DNA from: an uncultured virus (IMG/VR IMGVR_UViG_3300035214_000047)
Taxonomy: Duplodnaviria; Heunggongvirae; Uroviricota; Caudoviricetes
Virus record (IMG/VR): IMGVR_UViG_3300035214_000047
Direction: 5' to 3' (one strand)
DNA: 20,000 bases
Part shown: positions 17,050-20,000 of the stretch, one piece after another
How positions within the stretch are numbered: position 1 is the stretch's first letter
Layout: each line of letters starts with the position of its first letter
Made by a program: the position numbers and the translations under genes
The notes under the pieces: model-generated
Told to the model about the DNA's origin: nothing
Seen by the model: only the letters and a program-made list of their open reading frames with translations
Database searches by the model: none

Positions 17050-17911
17050 CTTTATCCTTAATCTTAAATTTTTCAGCGTAATCAGCTAACGCTTGTTCTT
17101 CTTTTAATTCTTCTTCTGTATATTCTTTAGAGCTGTTATCATAATCAAACTTGTCTACTTCTACATTATCTACTTTAATTTTATTTATTTTTTCTTGTCC
17201 TACACCTTGTTCTAAAACATAGTTACCACTTATACTTATTCGTTCAAAATCTTTATAGAACGGTGGTACCATATGATATAACCCTGCTGGAAAAACAAAC
17301 ATCAATCCTTTATATGGTTTAACAGCAAAAGCATTCATTTGTAATTGTGTTATTTTTTCACCATATTGAAATACGATTTGACCAGCTTGTTTACTATTAC
17401 TCTCTGGTACACCTTCGGTAAATATATCTTTGTCTATATCACCAAATATAACAAAACTAAATTCACCACCGTGAGCGTGTAATGGATTATAATCAGATGG
17501 TCGTTGAAAATTTATCCATAGGTGTTGTAATCTTAATGCACCCATACCACCAGCTTGTCCTTGCATTAATTTTTGTATATTATCCCAACCTGCTCCATAG
17601 TTAGATTGTAGTATTTCAAACATTTCAAAAACTTTTTGTATGATTGCTCTATCAGCATTATTACGAACCGTTTGATTTGGTCCTGCAGGATAAACTACAC
17701 TAGTACCTACTTTCATATTACCAGCAAGTTGTTTTTTAAAATCTTTATCTTTATCTTTTCTTGTTCGTTGTCCTTCGGCAATTAACTCATCAACTATCTT
17801 CAGGTCCATTTCACAACGATAGATAGGTGGACCAAATGGATACAATATTTCCCCATCCATTTTTGGGTGTATCATTTGTGGGATTACGGTATTATCTCTA
17901 TGCTTTGTCAT
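17039..17911 (-). CDS. Putative 2OG-Fe(II) oxygenase (TIGR02466 / 2OG-FeII_Oxy_5-like) with an acidic C-terminal tail
   Basis: 'PFGPPIY', 'LWINFQRPSDYNPLHAHGGEFSFV' (HxH), 'G.IVF', 'PYKGLMFVFPAGLYHMVPP' (distal His) and 'RISISGN' (2OG-binding RxS). Confidence 0.85.
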   Translation of the reverse strand: MTKHRDNTVIPQMIHPKMDGEILYPFGPPIYRCEMDLKIVDELIAEGQRTRKDKDKDFKKQLAGNMKVGTSVVYPAGPNQTVRNNADRAIIQKVFEMFEILQSNYGAGWDNIQKLMQGQAGGMGALRLQHLWINFQRPSDYNPLHAHGGEFSFVIFGDIDKDIFTEGVPESNSKQAGQIVFQYGEKITQLQMNAFAVKPYKGLMFVFPAGLYHMVPPFYKDFERISISGNYVLEQGVGQEKINKIKVDNVEVDKFDYDNSSKEYTEEELKEEQALADYAEKFKIKDKDES

Positions 17912-17917
17912 AATGTT

Positions 17918-17946
17918 ATTCTATCACTTTCTTATTCTTTTGTCAA
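17918..17946 (-). promoter_or_regulatory. Sigma70-type promoter TTGACA-17-TAGAAT with extended -10 TG, driving a leaderless oxygenase mRNA
   Basis: The - strand reads TTGACA aaagaataagaaagtga TAGAAT aacatt ATG. The -35 is at 17946-17941, the -10 at 17923-17918 and the ATG at 17911. Confidence 0.85.
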
Positions 17947-18189
17947 TATGCCAATGTCAGTTATTGTTTCTTGTAAAAATTTATTCTTTTCGTTTAATAT
18001 CTTATTCTCTATTTCCATTACTTCAACTTTTTTAGTTAAGTCTGATAATCCTCTATCATCATCTAATACCATTTGTAATTGTGTCTTTAACAATTCCATT
18101 TGATACTTATAATCTTTCTCTAAAGGTAGATTACTTGCAGGTTCATATGAGACTGAATCATCATTCCATAGTTTCATTGTTTCACTCAT
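17932..18189 (-). CDS. Hypothetical coiled-coil protein (likely start MSETMKLW at 18189)
   Basis: Heptad-like C-terminus 'LTKKVEVMEIENKILNEKNKFLQ'. The ATG at 18189 lies 1 nt after the iscA stop and avoids the 23-nt overlap of the 18213 start. Confidence 0.65.
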   Translation of the reverse strand: MSETMKLWNDDSVSYEPASNLPLEKDYKYQMELLKTQLQMVLDDDRGLSDLTKKVEVMEIENKILNEKNKFLQETITDIGILTKE

Positions 18190-18190
18190 C

Positions 18191-18517
18191 TTATACTCCA
18201 AAACTTTCTCCACATCCGCATTCTGATTTTGCGTTAGGGTTAATTAATTGTAGAAACGAACCAAAGATTTCTTTCTTATATTCTATAGTCATTCCTGCTA
18301 ACATTAATATACTTGATTTGTCTACTAACAATGTAAAGTTTTCATATTGCATTTCTTCATCATTGTCATCTTTATTATCTTCAAAGGACCAATCATATTT
18401 AAAACCAGCACAACCACCACCTTTAACTTCAAGTCTAACATATTTCTTATTATGTTCTTTACTCAACTCGGTCAAGTGTGTGTTCGCTGTTTCTGTTATC
18501 GTTATTAAACTACTCAT
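18191..18517 (-). CDS. iscA: A-type Fe-S cluster carrier (IscA/SufA/HesB family)
   Basis: 'ITITETA...VRLEVKGGGCAGFKY', 'LLVDKSS...LAGMTIEY......GS.L...NPNAKSECGCGESF' with all three Cys ligands. The start at 18517 gives an ATGA overlap with the upstream ORF (the track start is 18529). Confidence 0.93.
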   Translation of the reverse strand: MSSLITITETANTHLTELSKEHNKKYVRLEVKGGGCAGFKYDWSFEDNKDDNDEEMQYENFTLLVDKSSILMLAGMTIEYKKEIFGSFLQLINPNAKSECGCGESFGV

Positions 18518-18696
18518 ATGCTGTCCCAAATTCCTTCTAATCCTTTTAGTTTTTCTATCTCTAATAATTCTTGTAATGTATTTACTATTCCATATAACTC
18601 ATATATGTCAGTTTGTAAAGTCCAAATTGTATAAGACATAAACAATAACACAACTAATATTAATAGTAAAGTCAAGTCTTCAAGTTTCTTCTTCAT
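18514..18696 (-). CDS. Small membrane-anchored protein (60 aa; TM plus coiled coil)
   Basis: MKKK, a hydrophobic LTLLLILVVLLFMSYTIW segment and an amphipathic helix; sits immediately after a late promoter. Confidence 0.65.
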   Translation of the reverse strand: MKKKLEDLTLLLILVVLLFMSYTIWTLQTDIYELYGIVNTLQELLEIEKLKGLEGIWDSI

Positions 18697-18701
18697 AATA
18701 T

Positions 18702-18709
18702 TATTTATA
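18702..18709 (-). promoter_or_regulatory. T4-type late promoter TATAAATA, 5 nt upstream of the ATG at 18696
   Basis: + strand tatttata at 18702-18709 in the 19-nt gap after nadA. Confidence 0.75.
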
Positions 18710-18715
18710 TCCTTC

Positions 18716-19669
18716 TTATATACCGTATACCATTCTCTCTATTGGGCGCTTTGCTCTTTTCATTATATGGTATGGTATTTTAACCTCATAGGTATTTAAC
18801 ATTAACGATTGTAATATTCCTGCTAGAGTAATTCTTTTCATATGTGGACACAAATTACAAGGTCTAACAAATTCTACATTTGGATTCTCTATTGAAACAT
18901 TATCACTCATTGAACACTCCGTAACCATTAGTACTTTACTAGGTTGTTTATCTTTAACATAGTTACTCATTTTAGATGTTGAACCTGTAAAGTCTACTTC
19001 AGCAATTACATCTGGTGGACATTCTGGATGTGCTAATATAGTAATACCTGGATTATCATTTCTGTATTGTCTAATTTCTTCAGCAGTAAATTTTTCGTGT
19101 ACCATACAAGTACCATGCCAAGATATAATTTTAACCTTTGTTTGTTTAGCTATATTTTTTGCAAGGTATTCATCTGGGAGAAAGATAACTTTATCAACTC
19201 CTAATGATTCAACTATTTCTACAGCGTTGCCTGATGTACAACAAATATCTGTTTCTGCTTTAACATCAGCAGAAGTATTTACATAGGTGACTACTGGTAC
19301 ACCTGGATACTTTTGTTTTAATAAACGAACATCTTTACCTGTAATAGATTCTGATAATGAACAACCTGCTCTTGCGTCTGGTATTAAAACTTTTTTCTCG
19401 GGACTCATCAACTTAGCAGTTTCAGCCATAAAGTAAACACCACACATTATAATAGTATCTGCTGTTGTGTTCGCTGCTTCTTTTGCTAGTAATAAAGAAT
19501 CACCAACTATATCAGCAACACAATGATATATTTCTGGTGTCATATAATTGTGTGCTAGTATTACAGCATTCTTTTCTTTTTTTAATCTATTGATACTTGT
19601 AATGTAAGGTTCAAAAAATGGCCATTCTATTTCGGGTATCACTTTCGCTACCTTTTCATATTGACTCAT
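18716..19669 (-). CDS. nadA: Quinolinate synthase A ([4Fe-4S] enzyme of de novo NAD biosynthesis)
   Basis: '[11 protein letters not shown]', 'GDSL.LA', '[11 protein letters not shown]', 'AGCSL' (Cys1), '[10 protein letters not shown]', 'CTSGNA', 'PDEYLA', 'CMVHEKF' (Cys2), 'AHPEC', 'GSTS.M' and '[14 protein letters not shown]' (Cys3). Full length, 317 aa. Confidence 0.97.
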   Translation of the reverse strand: MSQYEKVAKVIPEIEWPFFEPYITSINRLKKEKNAVILAHNYMTPEIYHCVADIVGDSLLLAKEAANTTADTIIMCGVYFMAETAKLMSPEKKVLIPDARAGCSLSESITGKDVRLLKQKYPGVPVVTYVNTSADVKAETDICCTSGNAVEIVESLGVDKVIFLPDEYLAKNIAKQTKVKIISWHGTCMVHEKFTAEEIRQYRNDNPGITILAHPECPPDVIAEVDFTGSTSKMSNYVKDKQPSKVLMVTECSMSDNVSIENPNVEFVRPCNLCPHMKRITLAGILQSLMLNTYEVKIPYHIMKRAKRPIERMVYGI

Positions 19670-19681
19670 CTTCTTTTACCT

Positions 19682-19762
19682 TTATTTTCTACTCATCATA
19701 TCATATGTCATCCAAATGAAAAAACATATTACATATGCAATTAATAATATTTCTGTTATCAT
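19682..19762 (-). CDS. Micro-membrane protein, 26 aa (MITEILLIAYVICFFIWMTYDMMSRK)
   Basis: ATGA overlap with the upstream ORF; single TM segment; ends 12 nt before nadA. Confidence 0.55.
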   Translation of the reverse strand: MITEILLIAYVICFFIWMTYDMMSRK

Positions 19763-19899
19763 TGTTGTATTATAAGATGTCCTTTACTCCACGCTAGAAG
19801 AACAGCAACAGCTGCCAAAAATAACATAAAGCCTACTACTGCTAATCCTTCTTTCAGTAGCTTTTTATTTCCGTTTTTAAATTCGTTATTTTTAATCAT
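19759..19899 (-). CDS. Small membrane protein, 46 aa (MIKNNEFKNGNKKLLKEGLAVVGFMLFLAAVAVLLAWSKGHLIIQQ)
   Basis: AGGA RBS, ATGA overlaps at both ends and a clear TM helix. Confidence 0.65.
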   Translation of the reverse strand: MIKNNEFKNGNKKLLKEGLAVVGFMLFLAAVAVLLAWSKGHLIIQQ

Positions 19900-19961
19900 A
19901 TGTTTCCTAATACAATTGCTAGTATAACAAATAGACCTAATAAGATATAGACACTTAACAT
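19896..19961 (-). CDS. Micro-membrane protein, 21 aa (MLSVYILLGLFVILAIVLGNI)
   Basis: TAATG overlap with an upstream ORF running off the window (...LFKKLYHYWWMS*), ATGA overlap downstream; fully hydrophobic. Confidence 0.5.
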   Translation of the reverse strand: MLSVYILLGLFVILAIVLGNI

Positions 19962-20000
19962 TAGGACATCCACCAATAATGATATAACTTCTTAAATAAA

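Noticed and set aside
18081..18641. 186-aa + strand ORF (and 17867-18103)
   Set aside because: Antisense to iscA and its neighbours; low-complexity Ser/Leu sequence with no motif.
16321..19669. Possibility that nadA/iscA/nfu is host chromosomal DNA flanking a prophage or a misassembly
   Set aside because: The genes are interleaved with phage-like micro-ORFs and a phage-type oxygenase, carry a T4 late promoter, lack the usual nadB/nadC or isc/suf operon neighbours and show the same palindrome avoidance. Read-level confirmation is still desirable.
1..20000. tRNA, rRNA, riboswitch, intrinsic terminators, introns/inteins, stop-codon recoding
   Set aside because: Intergenic gaps are tiny, with no cloverleaf or GC-rich hairpin plus U-tract recognised. 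Genes are full length under the standard code, with TAA, TAG and TGA all used as stops.

Overview
AT-rich (about 30% GC by eye) segment of a T4-like myovirus genome. The host is most likely a marine alphaproteobacterium, possibly SAR11; this is inferred from the alphaproteobacterial-type NadA and Nfu sequences, a GAAC-N7-GAAC box and leaderless genes. Positions 1-14967 (- strand) are a baseplate/tail module: PAAR, gp25, gp6, gp7, a gp9-like fibre connector, gp8 and a 2035-aa VrlC/DUF4815 protein, with T4 late promoters (TATAAATA). Positions 15223-16332 are a small AT-rich island on the + strand behind a near-consensus sigma70 promoter. Positions 16321-20000 (- strand) are an auxiliary metabolic cluster: quinolinate synthase NadA (a [4Fe-4S] enzyme of de novo NAD synthesis), an A-type Fe-S carrier (IscA/HesB), a 2OG-Fe(II) oxygenase and an Nfu-type Fe-S carrier. 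Many translationally coupled micro-membrane ORFs missed by the ORF track are interspersed in it. The main candidate system is a phage NadA plus Fe-S maturation module. Other signals are strong avoidance of specific palindromes (ACWGT, ACGT, TCGA, CCGG, most GATC), leaderless transcripts and a putative LexA box.
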